From Candidatus Saccharimonadota bacterium (GTDB taxonomy: Bacteria; Patescibacteriota; Saccharimonadia; Saccharimonadales; Saccharimonadaceae): 32,000 nucleotides of DNA. The notes beneath the pieces were generated by a model that searched no databases, had not been told where the DNA came from, and worked only from the letters and a program-made list of their open reading frames with translations. Of this stretch, positions 1 through 7,683 are shown piece after piece. Numbering within the stretch: position 1 is the stretch's first letter; each line of letters starts with the position of its first letter. Both the position numbers and the translations under genes were made by a program. The stretch spans positions 510,001 to 542,000 of the forward strand of contig CP011211.1 in NCBI GenBank assembly GCA_001029695.1, in the 5' to 3' direction.

Positions 1-330
1 TCGGGCAACACCGAGAGACTCTAGAGACTTTTCAAGATTCTTGACTAAGCTGCCGATGCCCTGTGCCCATTTGTTATCTTTTAGCTCTTCAGGAGTATAG
101 GTAACCGCGCGCTCAATATTATCGATCACAGGAAGCAGCTTCAACACAGCGCCTGCTTGTCCGGCAGTACGTGCTGCGGTTTTCTCTGCTTCTACACGCT
201 TACGGTAGTTTTCAAAATCAGCTCGTGTGCGCTGCAAGTCTTGCGTCAATTCACCAAGTTGCTGCTCAAGTTCACTAAACTCATTATTCTCTTCGTTCAC
301 CGTATTGTCCTGTTCTGACTTCTTTACCAT
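1..330 (-). CDS. grpE: Nucleotide exchange factor GrpE, N-terminal 110 codons (the rest lies beyond the window start)
   Basis: My translation of the minus strand from ATG 330-328 gives MVKKSEQDNTVNEENNEFSELEQQLGELTQDLQRTRADFENYRKRVEAEK...LKLLPVIDNIERAV. ADFxNYRKR and LPVxDxxERA are GrpE hallmarks. AGGAG lies 5 nt upstream. The gene sits directly downstream of hrcA, as in hrcA-grpE-dnaK operons. It is missing from the ORF track because it runs off the edge. Confidence 0.85.
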   Translation of the reverse strand, partial: MVKKSEQDNTVNEENNEFSELEQQLGELTQDLQRTRADFENYRKRVEAEKTAARTAGQAGAVLKLLPVIDNIERAVTYTPEELKDNKWAQGIGSLVKNLEKSLESLGVAR

Positions 331-377
331 CGTTACTCCTCTATCCTTCCCTTAAATTCAACAAATTTCGTTTAGAT

Positions 378-1109
378 CTACAACACTTCTTCGAGCATTG
401 CTCCTGCATGACGCACAAGGCGCATTACCTTGCCGTAGCTCTGTCTTGTCGGCCCAAGCACTCCTATGTAGCTGCGGTCGCTGTACGGAGAGCGAAATCG
501 ACTAATGATCAGCGTCGCTCCGCTTGTTTTACCAATAGGGTTTTCCGCACCGATAAAGACATTAAGCGGTTCATTTGGTGCAGCTTCTCGAAGCCACGGC
601 TCAAGGTTATCTAAAAGGCGTGCAACAGCCTGTGTATGATTGCCCTGCATAAACTCCGGTTGACTGAAGAGATTACCCATACCACTCATATATAGCTGGT
701 CTCCAATCGTCGCAAGCCCCAAGTTGTGAGTAAGGTCAACGAGGCTGTCAACAGCACTACGAATAGCATGATCGGCACGATCTCCGTGTGTGTTTACCCT
801 TGCATCAAGTGCACGCGTTCCGCGATCAAGCTGCATTGGCTGCGCTTCATTTGCATGAGCGTCATTTAGTGTGTTGACATAAAAACGATAGCCTTGGTCT
901 GTCGGGATACGACCTGCGCTCGTATGCGGCTGCATAATAAAGCCGAGCTCCTCAAGCTTTACCATTTCACTGCGGATCGTTGCGCTAGAAACACCAAATA
1001 GCTTTGCAAGTGTAATGCTGCCTACAGGCGCAGCAATTTCTGCATACTGCTCAATAATAGCTGCTAGAATTTGAATTTGGCGTTCTGTCATAGCTTCAGT
1101 ATAGCGCAT
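378..1109 (-). CDS. hrcA: Heat-inducible transcription repressor HrcA (short form, 243 aa)
   Basis: The N-terminal winged-helix reads LTERQIQILAAIIEQY...VGSITLAKLFGVSSATIRSEMVKLEELGF...HTSAGRIPTDQGYRFYV and the C-terminal reads IGVLGPTRQSYGKV. I trimmed the start from the track's 1163 to ATG 1109 because the CIRCE operator occupies 1111-1137. ATG 1091 (MTERQ) is an alternative start. Confidence 0.85.
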   Translation of the reverse strand: MRYTEAMTERQIQILAAIIEQYAEIAAPVGSITLAKLFGVSSATIRSEMVKLEELGFIMQPHTSAGRIPTDQGYRFYVNTLNDAHANEAQPMQLDRGTRALDARVNTHGDRADHAIRSAVDSLVDLTHNLGLATIGDQLYMSGMGNLFSQPEFMQGNHTQAVARLLDNLEPWLREAAPNEPLNVFIGAENPIGKTSGATLIISRFRSPYSDRSYIGVLGPTRQSYGKVMRLVRHAGAMLEEVL

Positions 1110-1110
1110 T

Positions 1111-1137
1111 TTGGCACTCTTTTCAATTGAGTGCCAA
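1111..1137. promoter_or_regulatory. CIRCE-type HrcA operator (TTGGCACTC-N9-GAGTGCCAA)
   Basis: Perfect 9-bp inverted repeat with a 9-nt spacer. It is one symmetric substitution from the canonical TTAGCACTC-N9-GAGTGCTAA and lies directly upstream of hrcA. A candidate minus-strand promoter TTGCGT (1163-1158), 17 nt, TAATTG (1140-1135) overlaps its right arm. Confidence 0.8.
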
Positions 1138-1194
1138 TTAGTGACTATCTCTACGTTACGCAAGTGTAGAAAAATTAGATGTTATACTGTTAGT

Positions 1195-1398
1195 ATGAGC
1201 TTTTTAAGTGATCTAGGCGGACTTTATAGTGAATTTGAAAACACTATCGATACCCTTAAACAAGAGGTTGGTTCGACTTTAGCTGAAGCCGCTACTCAAT
1301 CTAGCGAAATATCCACTGAAGCAACAGACACCGTCAGTCAAGCTGTTGAATCGACAAATGAAACTACTCAAGAGATTAAAGACTCACTCTCGAAATAA
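1195..1398 (+). CDS. Hypothetical small acidic Ser/Thr/Glu-rich protein (67 aa)
   Basis: The track ORF 1111-1398 was trimmed to ATG 1195 because the upstream part overlaps CIRCE and the hrcA start. TGtTATACT (extended -10, 1180-1188) sits 6 nt before this ATG and there is no SD, which suggests a leaderless transcript. No family recognised. Confidence 0.4.
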   Translation: MSFLSDLGGLYSEFENTIDTLKQEVGSTLAEAATQSSEISTEATDTVSQAVESTNETTQEIKDSLSK

Positions 1399-1514
1399 CA
1401 CTATAGATATACTCGATTATTTTACGGATCCGATCGTCTATCTGGAAGGCTGGCGCGCAAGATCATTGCTATCAGTAATAGTACCGCAACAATAAGAAAG
1501 TAATACTTCATGAG

Positions 1515-1730
1515 CTAACTGTTCTTAGTACCACCGTACACTGACCCGCCATAGCCATACTGCGACGTATTCGTCTGTTGCACTGCAGCCTTTTTAGGAG
1601 ACGGGGCAAGTGCCTTTAAAAACGCACTAAGTCCAGTAACCGCCACAACACCAATACCGACATGTTTTAGAAAGTCTTTTCGATCCATCTTTTTTGTAAG
1701 CAGTGTATTGAGCTCTTCTTTAATTGCCAT
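1515..1730 (-). CDS. Small protein with a twin-arginine-like signal peptide (RK variant), 71 aa
   Basis: The sequence reads MAIKEELNTLLTKKMDRKDFLKHVGIGVVAVTGLSAFLKALA/PSPKK... DRKDFLK matches S/T-R-R-x-F-L-K except for R to K. It is followed by an h-region and an A-L-A cleavage-like site. AAGGA lies 5 nt upstream of ATG 1730. The gene lies 70 bp downstream of tatC on the same strand. Confidence 0.55.
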   Translation of the reverse strand: MAIKEELNTLLTKKMDRKDFLKHVGIGVVAVTGLSAFLKALAPSPKKAAVQQTNTSQYGYGGSVYGGTKNS

Positions 1731-1800
1731 CTTGATCCTTTGTATATTTATACGCTTATGCTCTTATTGAACACCAGGCCGCGATACTTGTCAAACTTAG

Positions 1801-2898
1801 CTAACTTACTAAAAAACCGTCAATAGAGCGGACTGGCGGAGTTGAACGACGAAGACCAGCCGCCGAGACGCTTACCGCAGGTCGTTCAGCTACTACAGGT
1901 TGAGATCGCTGCGGCAGTCGAACCGTTGAGGGAGCGGAGCGTACGCGTGTCGCAGAAAAGCCGTCAACCGCTCTATGAGCTTGCACTTTTTTACTTGTTT
2001 GAGGTTTAGCTACTACAGAAGAAGTGGTGCTGAGAACGGACGCAGGTATAGGAATGGGCACTTCTTGAAGCTCGGCTTGAGCTGGAGTTACCGGGCTCTG
2101 ATTTCTATTTTGACGACGTTCACCGCGCCGCCTCACATACACAGCGAGCGCACCGAGCTGATAGATAGCAATGATCGGGCCAGCAACGATCATTTGATTT
2201 ATAACATCGGGTGTTGGCGTAATCAGTGCAGCTGCAATAACCGCTCCAACGATCACAAATCGCTGCGACGATAAAAGCGCACCAGGAGGAAACGGTCGTA
2301 CATGATCAAAGATAAATAACAGTAGTGGCAACTGAAATAATGCAGCCAACCCCAGCAGATAGGCCACCACGAATCCCAGATACGACTCAGCGGTCAGACT
2401 CGGAGTGACGGCATCACCCGCAAATGTCGTTAAGAACGAAATCGCTGCGGGAATTGCCACCATATAACCAAAGATGGCGCCTGCCGCAGCAAGCGTAGTT
2501 GAAAGCAGCACAAGGCTAATAATAAACTTTTTTGAGGTCTGTCCAAGTACAGGCTGCAAGAAACGATAGATATGATAAACAATCACCGGAATCGTGACGA
2601 GCGCACCAAAATAAAGACATACTGTAAAAATAAAGCTAAAACCGCCTCCTGGAGTAAGGTAGATTAACTTTTCACCGTGAAGAGGGGCGACGATAAAGTC
2701 CACAAGTATATCTTTATACTGAAACCCGATCGCCGAAGTGATAATGAGCGCAGAAACTATCCAGAAAAGACGCGCTCTCAGCTCATAGATATGCTCAATA
2801 AACGTCAGCTGCTCTACTGACGAAGACTGTATACTAGGATTGTTTTGGTTTTTTTGCTGCGTCTGACTTCGTGTCTTTTTTAACTGCAGTCTTGTCAT
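1801..2898 (-). CDS. tatC: Twin-arginine translocase subunit TatC with a roughly 110-aa C-terminal extension
   Basis: The conserved N-terminal helix reads LTFIEHIYELRARLFW, followed by six hydrophobic segments typical of TatC. AAGGGGA lies 6 nt upstream of ATG 2898. No other ATG/GTG/TTG occurs in frame before the conserved core. Confidence 0.9.
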   Translation of the reverse strand: MTRLQLKKTRSQTQQKNQNNPSIQSSSVEQLTFIEHIYELRARLFWIVSALIITSAIGFQYKDILVDFIVAPLHGEKLIYLTPGGGFSFIFTVCLYFGALVTIPVIVYHIYRFLQPVLGQTSKKFIISLVLLSTTLAAAGAIFGYMVAIPAAISFLTTFAGDAVTPSLTAESYLGFVVAYLLGLAALFQLPLLLFIFDHVRPFPPGALLSSQRFVIVGAVIAAALITPTPDVINQMIVAGPIIAIYQLGALAVYVRRRGERRQNRNQSPVTPAQAELQEVPIPIPASVLSTTSSVVAKPQTSKKVQAHRAVDGFSATRVRSAPSTVRLPQRSQPVVAERPAVSVSAAGLRRSTPPVRSIDGFLVS

Positions 2899-3031
2899 CG
2901 CTCATCCCCTTACGAAGTTCCTTCATCGAATCACCGACACTTCGAGCTAGCTCTGGAAGCTTCCTGCCTCCAAAAAGGAGTAGTATGACTAAGAAAATAA
3001 TGATTAATTCTGGTGTACCTAGTCCGAACAT
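2834..3031 (-). CDS. tatA: Twin-arginine translocase subunit TatA/E (65 aa)
   Basis: MFGLGTPELIIIFLVILLLFGGRKLPELARSVGDSMKELRKG is a classic TatA TM helix, FGG hinge and amphipathic helix. The track ORF was trimmed from 3106 to ATG 3031. Confidence 0.9.
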   Translation of the reverse strand: MFGLGTPELIIIFLVILLLFGGRKLPELARSVGDSMKELRKGMSDDKTAVKKDTKSDAAKKPKQS

Positions 3032-3121
3032 AGTTGCCTCACTTATATAACGTAAATCTCCTCCAATACTATACTGATTATGATAAGATAGCAAGTAGAT
3101 AACCATAAGGAAGACATATTA

Positions 3122-3415
3122 ATGAGCCCACTAACTACTTTTGCCCAGACGGCAACATACAACTGCGAAGGTGCAACCGACAGTACTTACGGTGCGGGTA
3201 ATTACAACGAGTGTCTTACTTCTTCCACGGGTGGAAGTGACCCCTCAGAAGGCGACACAACGACCCAACCGGGTGTTGGCGCTCCAAATACTGGTGACTT
3301 CATGGGATTCATAACGACAGGTGGTTTTGGCATAATATTACCGCTCCTGCTTGCAGTTGTCATCGTCGGCGCTGCATCAATCGCAGTTATTCGCAAAAGA
3401 AAGACTCAAAAGTAG
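3122..3415 (+). CDS. Small Gly/Thr/Ser-rich protein with a C-terminal sorting-signal-like anchor (APNTG, TM, RKRKTQK)
   Basis: The C-terminus reads GAPNTGDFMGFITTGGFGIILPLLLAVVIVGAASIAVIRKRKTQK. Its layout matches LPXTG-type signals: motif, hydrophobic helix, basic tail. No N-terminal signal peptide is present, and an in-frame stop at 3089-3091 prevents upstream extension. Confidence 0.45.
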   Translation: MSPLTTFAQTATYNCEGATDSTYGAGNYNECLTSSTGGSDPSEGDTTTQPGVGAPNTGDFMGFITTGGFGIILPLLLAVVIVGAASIAVIRKRKTQK

Positions 3416-3429
3416 CAGGACACCCTACC

Positions 3430-4146
3430 TTAATTCTGTTGTGCAGATCGAATCTCGTCTAAAAGATCCCGCGCAAGCAAGCGCGCCTCATCATCATGAC
3501 GGTTAAAGCTGTCTGATCGATGCGCAATCTCTTCAGCTACTCGCACAGCACGATCAAGCTCATCATTAATAATAAAGTGATAATATGGAACTGACAATGC
3601 ATGCTCAAGCTCTTTCATCGCCGTTTGGCTACGCTTAGTAAACTCAGCTTCAAACTCATGATTTGACTCGTATCGCTTTCTAAAACGTTCACGCCACACA
3701 TCATACCCTGGAGGTAAAATAAACAGTGCGGTGACGTCCTGCGAAAGTGCTTTATATTCCTCGACACCCTGGACGTCAAGGTCTGTGATAGCAATCTTAT
3801 TTTCAGCGTGAATCTCCCTAAGCGCCGCTACGGATGTTCCATAGACTGTCCCGTGCACAAACTTAGCCTCAATAAACTCATTTGATGCAACCATCGTCTC
3901 AGCTTGCTCAAGTGATACAAAATGATAGTCGAGCCCGTCCTGTTCAGCAGTAGCATTATTAACTCGTGGACTACGTGTCGTGTGCGACACAATATCCCGA
4001 AAATCATCACTCTGAAGAAGGTGCTTTTTGATAGTGTCTTTACCAGCACTAGAAATTCCTACTAGCAGTACAATTCGTGTAGCCTTTATGAGCGTCTGCG
4101 CTTCAAGAGGCGTTTTATAATGAGAGATCATTTGTTGAAGATTCAT
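3430..4146 (-). CDS. gmk: Guanylate kinase
   Basis: The P-loop is GISSAGKDT. SHTTRSPR...DGLDYHFVS...FIEAKFVHGTVYGTS parallels the Gmk motifs HTTRxPRxGE, YxFV and YGT. Confidence 0.8.
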   Translation of the reverse strand: MNLQQMISHYKTPLEAQTLIKATRIVLLVGISSAGKDTIKKHLLQSDDFRDIVSHTTRSPRVNNATAEQDGLDYHFVSLEQAETMVASNEFIEAKFVHGTVYGTSVAALREIHAENKIAITDLDVQGVEEYKALSQDVTALFILPPGYDVWRERFRKRYESNHEFEAEFTKRSQTAMKELEHALSVPYYHFIINDELDRAVRVAEEIAHRSDSFNRHDDEARLLARDLLDEIRSAQQN

Positions 4147-4199
4147 TGTAGTAAGTATACCAGAATCCAGCCTGATCGCACGCTCATCACATCAGAATA

Positions 4200-5978
4200 T
4201 TAGTCCCGCTTAAGCATAACAGTGAACGCTTCTGAAGGTATGTCAACTTTTCCGAAACGCTTCATACGTTTCTTGCCTTTTGCCTGCTTGGCAAGTACTT
4301 TTTTCTTACGAGATACATCACCGCCATACAGTCCAGTTGTAACATCTTTACGATATGCAGAAAGATCTGCGCGTGCGATAAATTTACCACCAATCGCTGC
4401 TTGAAGTGCAACTTGAAAATTCTGACGTGGAATCACTTCTTTTAGCTTGTCGACAACCTCACGGCCAAGTCGCTGCGACTCTGTACGATGTGCCATCACA
4501 CTCAGTGCATCCACCATCTCGCCTGCTACATAAAAATCAACTCGTACCAAGTCTTCAGGCTGATACGTATCCAGCTCATAATTAAAGCTTCCATACCCGC
4601 TCGTAACAGACTTCAGCTGATCGTAGAAGTCAGTGAGCAGATTCGCAAGTGGCGCCTCAAAGCTAATGAGCGCACGCTCATCGATATAACTTAAGTTCTT
4701 TTGCTGACCACGTTTATTAACAATAAGCTGAATCACTGCTCCGATATATTCTTTCGGTACAATGATTTCGCCCTGAATCCAAGGCTCTCGAATCTCAGTA
4801 ATCTTGGTGACGTCAGGAAGATCACTTGCACTCTTAATATCAAGCCGTGATCCATCCTTTAAATCAACCTGGTAGTCAGTTGAAGGGTTCGTCACGACAA
4901 GATCAAGATTGTATTCTCGCTCAAGCCGCTCGCGAATAATATCCATGTGAAGCAGGCCGAGAAAACCAATACGAACACCAAAGCCAAGTACTGGTGAGTT
5001 CTCTGGTTCAAACTGTAGCGCAGAGTCACTCAGTGATAGCTTCTCCACGGCATCTTTTAGTTCATTGTAATCCTCGTTACTCACAGGGAAGAATCCAGCA
5101 TATACAAACGGCTTTACATCTTGATAACCAGGTAGCATATCTTCAGCTCGTGTACGCTTGGTTGTCACCGTATCCCCAACGCGAGCATCTCTCGTAGTCT
5201 TAAGGTTGGTGACGATATACCCAATTTCGCCAGTCGTCAGGTCGCCACTTGGGCTCATTGCCGGAGTGAGCGATCCCACTTCAAGAGCAATTCCATTTGC
5301 CCTCGTAGCGAGCATCTCAATAATATCTGATTTTTTAATAACCCCATCTACAACACGGATATACAAAATAACTCCGCGATAATCATCATAGTAGCTATCA
5401 AAAATAAGCGCTCGGGTTGGCTTCTCAGCATCACCTTGAGGCGGCGCTACTCGCTCAACCACCGCGTCCAACACCTCAGGAACACCTTCACCGGTCTTAG
5501 CACTAATCTTTAATATGTCATCTTCCGTACAGCCAAGTAGATTGATGATTTCTGCCGAAACTCGAGGTACATCGGCGGCGGGAAGATCAATTTTATTTAG
5601 TACCGGAATAATCGTAAGGTCGGCTGCAAGCGCCAAGTACACGTTGGCAAGTGTCTGCGCCTGAATACCCTGGCTGGCATCAACGACAAGAATCGCCCCT
5701 TCGCAAGCCTCAAGACTTCTCGACACTTCGTAACTAAAATCAACATGGCCTGGTGTATCAATCAGGTTTAAATCGATACCTTTATGCTGCATTCGGACTG
5801 GCGTCAACTTAATCGTGATACCTTTTTCTCGCTCAAGATCCATACTATCAAGAAGCTGCGATTTCATATCACGCTTCTGCACGGTACTCGTAAGCTCCAT
5901 CATCCTATCGGCAAGCGTACTCTTCCCATGGTCGATGTGTGCAATAATACAAAAATTTCTAATTTGAGACTGGTTCAT
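4200..5978 (-). CDS. lepA: Translation elongation factor 4 (LepA)
   Basis: IRNFCIIAHIDHGKSTLADR, DLNLIDTPGHVDF and NKIDLP are GTPase motifs. The LepA-specific C-terminus reads GGDVSRKKKVLAKQAKGKKRMK. Start trimmed to ATG 5978 (MNQSQIRNF). Confidence 0.95.
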   Translation of the reverse strand: MNQSQIRNFCIIAHIDHGKSTLADRMMELTSTVQKRDMKSQLLDSMDLEREKGITIKLTPVRMQHKGIDLNLIDTPGHVDFSYEVSRSLEACEGAILVVDASQGIQAQTLANVYLALAADLTIIPVLNKIDLPAADVPRVSAEIINLLGCTEDDILKISAKTGEGVPEVLDAVVERVAPPQGDAEKPTRALIFDSYYDDYRGVILYIRVVDGVIKKSDIIEMLATRANGIALEVGSLTPAMSPSGDLTTGEIGYIVTNLKTTRDARVGDTVTTKRTRAEDMLPGYQDVKPFVYAGFFPVSNEDYNELKDAVEKLSLSDSALQFEPENSPVLGFGVRIGFLGLLHMDIIRERLEREYNLDLVVTNPSTDYQVDLKDGSRLDIKSASDLPDVTKITEIREPWIQGEIIVPKEYIGAVIQLIVNKRGQQKNLSYIDERALISFEAPLANLLTDFYDQLKSVTSGYGSFNYELDTYQPEDLVRVDFYVAGEMVDALSVMAHRTESQRLGREVVDKLKEVIPRQNFQVALQAAIGGKFIARADLSAYRKDVTTGLYGGDVSRKKKVLAKQAKGKKRMKRFGKVDIPSEAFTVMLKRD

Positions 5979-6041
5979 ATTCGTACTTAAAATTATACCA
6001 GAAAACAGAGGTGACGGCAATCGTCGACATGTGCGATACTG

Positions 6042-7664
6042 CTATTTTGTTCGACCAAACAGTAAACTTCGTAGTCGCCGTAGTACGGGATCAGCCTCCG
6101 TCAGCTTGAGATAGCGGCTGACAAGTAGGTACACTCCAGCGCTGATCAGTGAGATCGCAACAAACTTCGGGAAAGTCGCTAGGAAACTCTGATCGTCATT
6201 TTGTAATTGGAAAAATTGAAGCGTGCCATAAGTGACGACGCTCATGATGACAGTAGCTATAGTCATGCGTCCAAATGCCCGCAGCAATGCCCCGTCAAAT
6301 AGCCCTGGAATGCGACGGTTCATTACCGTAAATAGAATGAGCACTTCGACAACAGCTACAATTGATTGCGCAAAACCAAGTCCGTACGCGCCCATATTTA
6401 GCTCCATCGTAAACCAAATAGCAAGTCCTATATTAAGACTGATCGCAACAATCGATATGTAGAGTGGCGTCTTCGTGTCCTGCTGTGCGTAGAAACTTCG
6501 TGCGGCGATATAATAGATCGAACGAAACAAAATCGCAACAACAAGCGACCCTAGAAGCCCAGCCATAAGCGCATCACCGCCATTTTTAATAAAGTTAACG
6601 AGATACCCGCGCGTAAAGAATGTAATCGCCGCAACTGGCATCGCAAGCCATATAATAACGCGGAGAATGGATTGTAGCTCTGATTTGAATAGGTCTGGTC
6701 GTCCCTGGCTAAGGCGTTCTGTCATTTTCGGAAATGCGGCCGTACTAATCGCCACACCAATAAGGTTGATTGGTGCCATATGAAGAGTGGTCGCATTATT
6801 GTAGGCCGCAAGCGTACCCGCACCTAGTCGCGATGCAAGGTTTGTTTCCACGATACCAACCAAATAATCCATACCTTGATCGAGTGAGCGCGCAGGCAAC
6901 AGAGTCAGAACTTTTCTAAAGCCTTTGTTTTTCCAGAAGATCTTAAACTGATAATCAAACCCTAGCCCTAATAGCCCAATACTACTGACGATTAACTGCA
7001 AGATTGATCCCAGCACTACACCGAGAGCAACACCCATGATTCCACCCTCAAAAACCTGCCACCCAAATATAGTAATACCGTTCGTAAAGACAGTCAGCCC
7101 AATAATAATACCGATATTGTAGAGAATTGGAGCAAGCGCAAAAAAGGTAAATCGGCCAACCGCCTGCTGAATGCTCGCAATTACTGTAGCGATTGCAAAA
7201 AGAAACGGATTAATTGCGATGACACGCATCATGCTCGTTGCAAGTGCGATACCTGACTCATCGAGACCTGGAGCGATAATATAGCGGATCAATGGCTCTG
7301 CAAAAATGATCATCAATATACTGGCAACAAGCGTGATAAGCGCCATGAAGTTGATCATGCTTGTTGAGAGCTCCCAGGCCGACTTTTTATTGCCAGTCCC
7401 TAGGCGTTGATTAAATACAGGTATAAATGTCACACTCAGCGCACCAGACACTAAAATGAAGAACATAAAGTCGGGCACTGTAAAAGCAGCGATGTACGCA
7501 TCGTATCCTGTTGGATAGGTGTCATAGTACGCAGCATTCAGAAGACGCATTCGGAAAAATCCAAACAGCAACGAGGCCAAAGTCGAACCAGCCAGCAGTG
7601 TTGCTGCTAGCTGGATAGTGACTCGCTTATTCGCGCGAGCAACGGCGGTTCTCATTCGGCCCAT
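6042..7664 (-). CDS. murJ: Lipid II flippase MurJ/MviN family
   Basis: A 540-aa protein with roughly 14 TM segments and MurJ-like organisation. It has the N-terminal basic segment and a GFFRMRLLNAAY region corresponding to the MurJ LGFxRxxxxA motif. It sits in a cell-envelope housekeeping context. Confidence 0.8.
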   Translation of the reverse strand: MGRMRTAVARANKRVTIQLAATLLAGSTLASLLFGFFRMRLLNAAYYDTYPTGYDAYIAAFTVPDFMFFILVSGALSVTFIPVFNQRLGTGNKKSAWELSTSMINFMALITLVASILMIIFAEPLIRYIIAPGLDESGIALATSMMRVIAINPFLFAIATVIASIQQAVGRFTFFALAPILYNIGIIIGLTVFTNGITIFGWQVFEGGIMGVALGVVLGSILQLIVSSIGLLGLGFDYQFKIFWKNKGFRKVLTLLPARSLDQGMDYLVGIVETNLASRLGAGTLAAYNNATTLHMAPINLIGVAISTAAFPKMTERLSQGRPDLFKSELQSILRVIIWLAMPVAAITFFTRGYLVNFIKNGGDALMAGLLGSLVVAILFRSIYYIAARSFYAQQDTKTPLYISIVAISLNIGLAIWFTMELNMGAYGLGFAQSIVAVVEVLILFTVMNRRIPGLFDGALLRAFGRMTIATVIMSVVTYGTLQFFQLQNDDQSFLATFPKFVAISLISAGVYLLVSRYLKLTEADPVLRRLRSLLFGRTK

Positions 7665-7683
7665 AGAAACTTTCTCGCTTTGT

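Noticed and set aside
1110-1163. Longest-ORF start of hrcA at 1163 (MRNVEIVTNWHSIEKSAK...).
   Set aside because: It would place the CIRCE operator (1111-1137) and the likely promoter inside the CDS. The conserved HrcA sequence begins after ATG 1109/1091.
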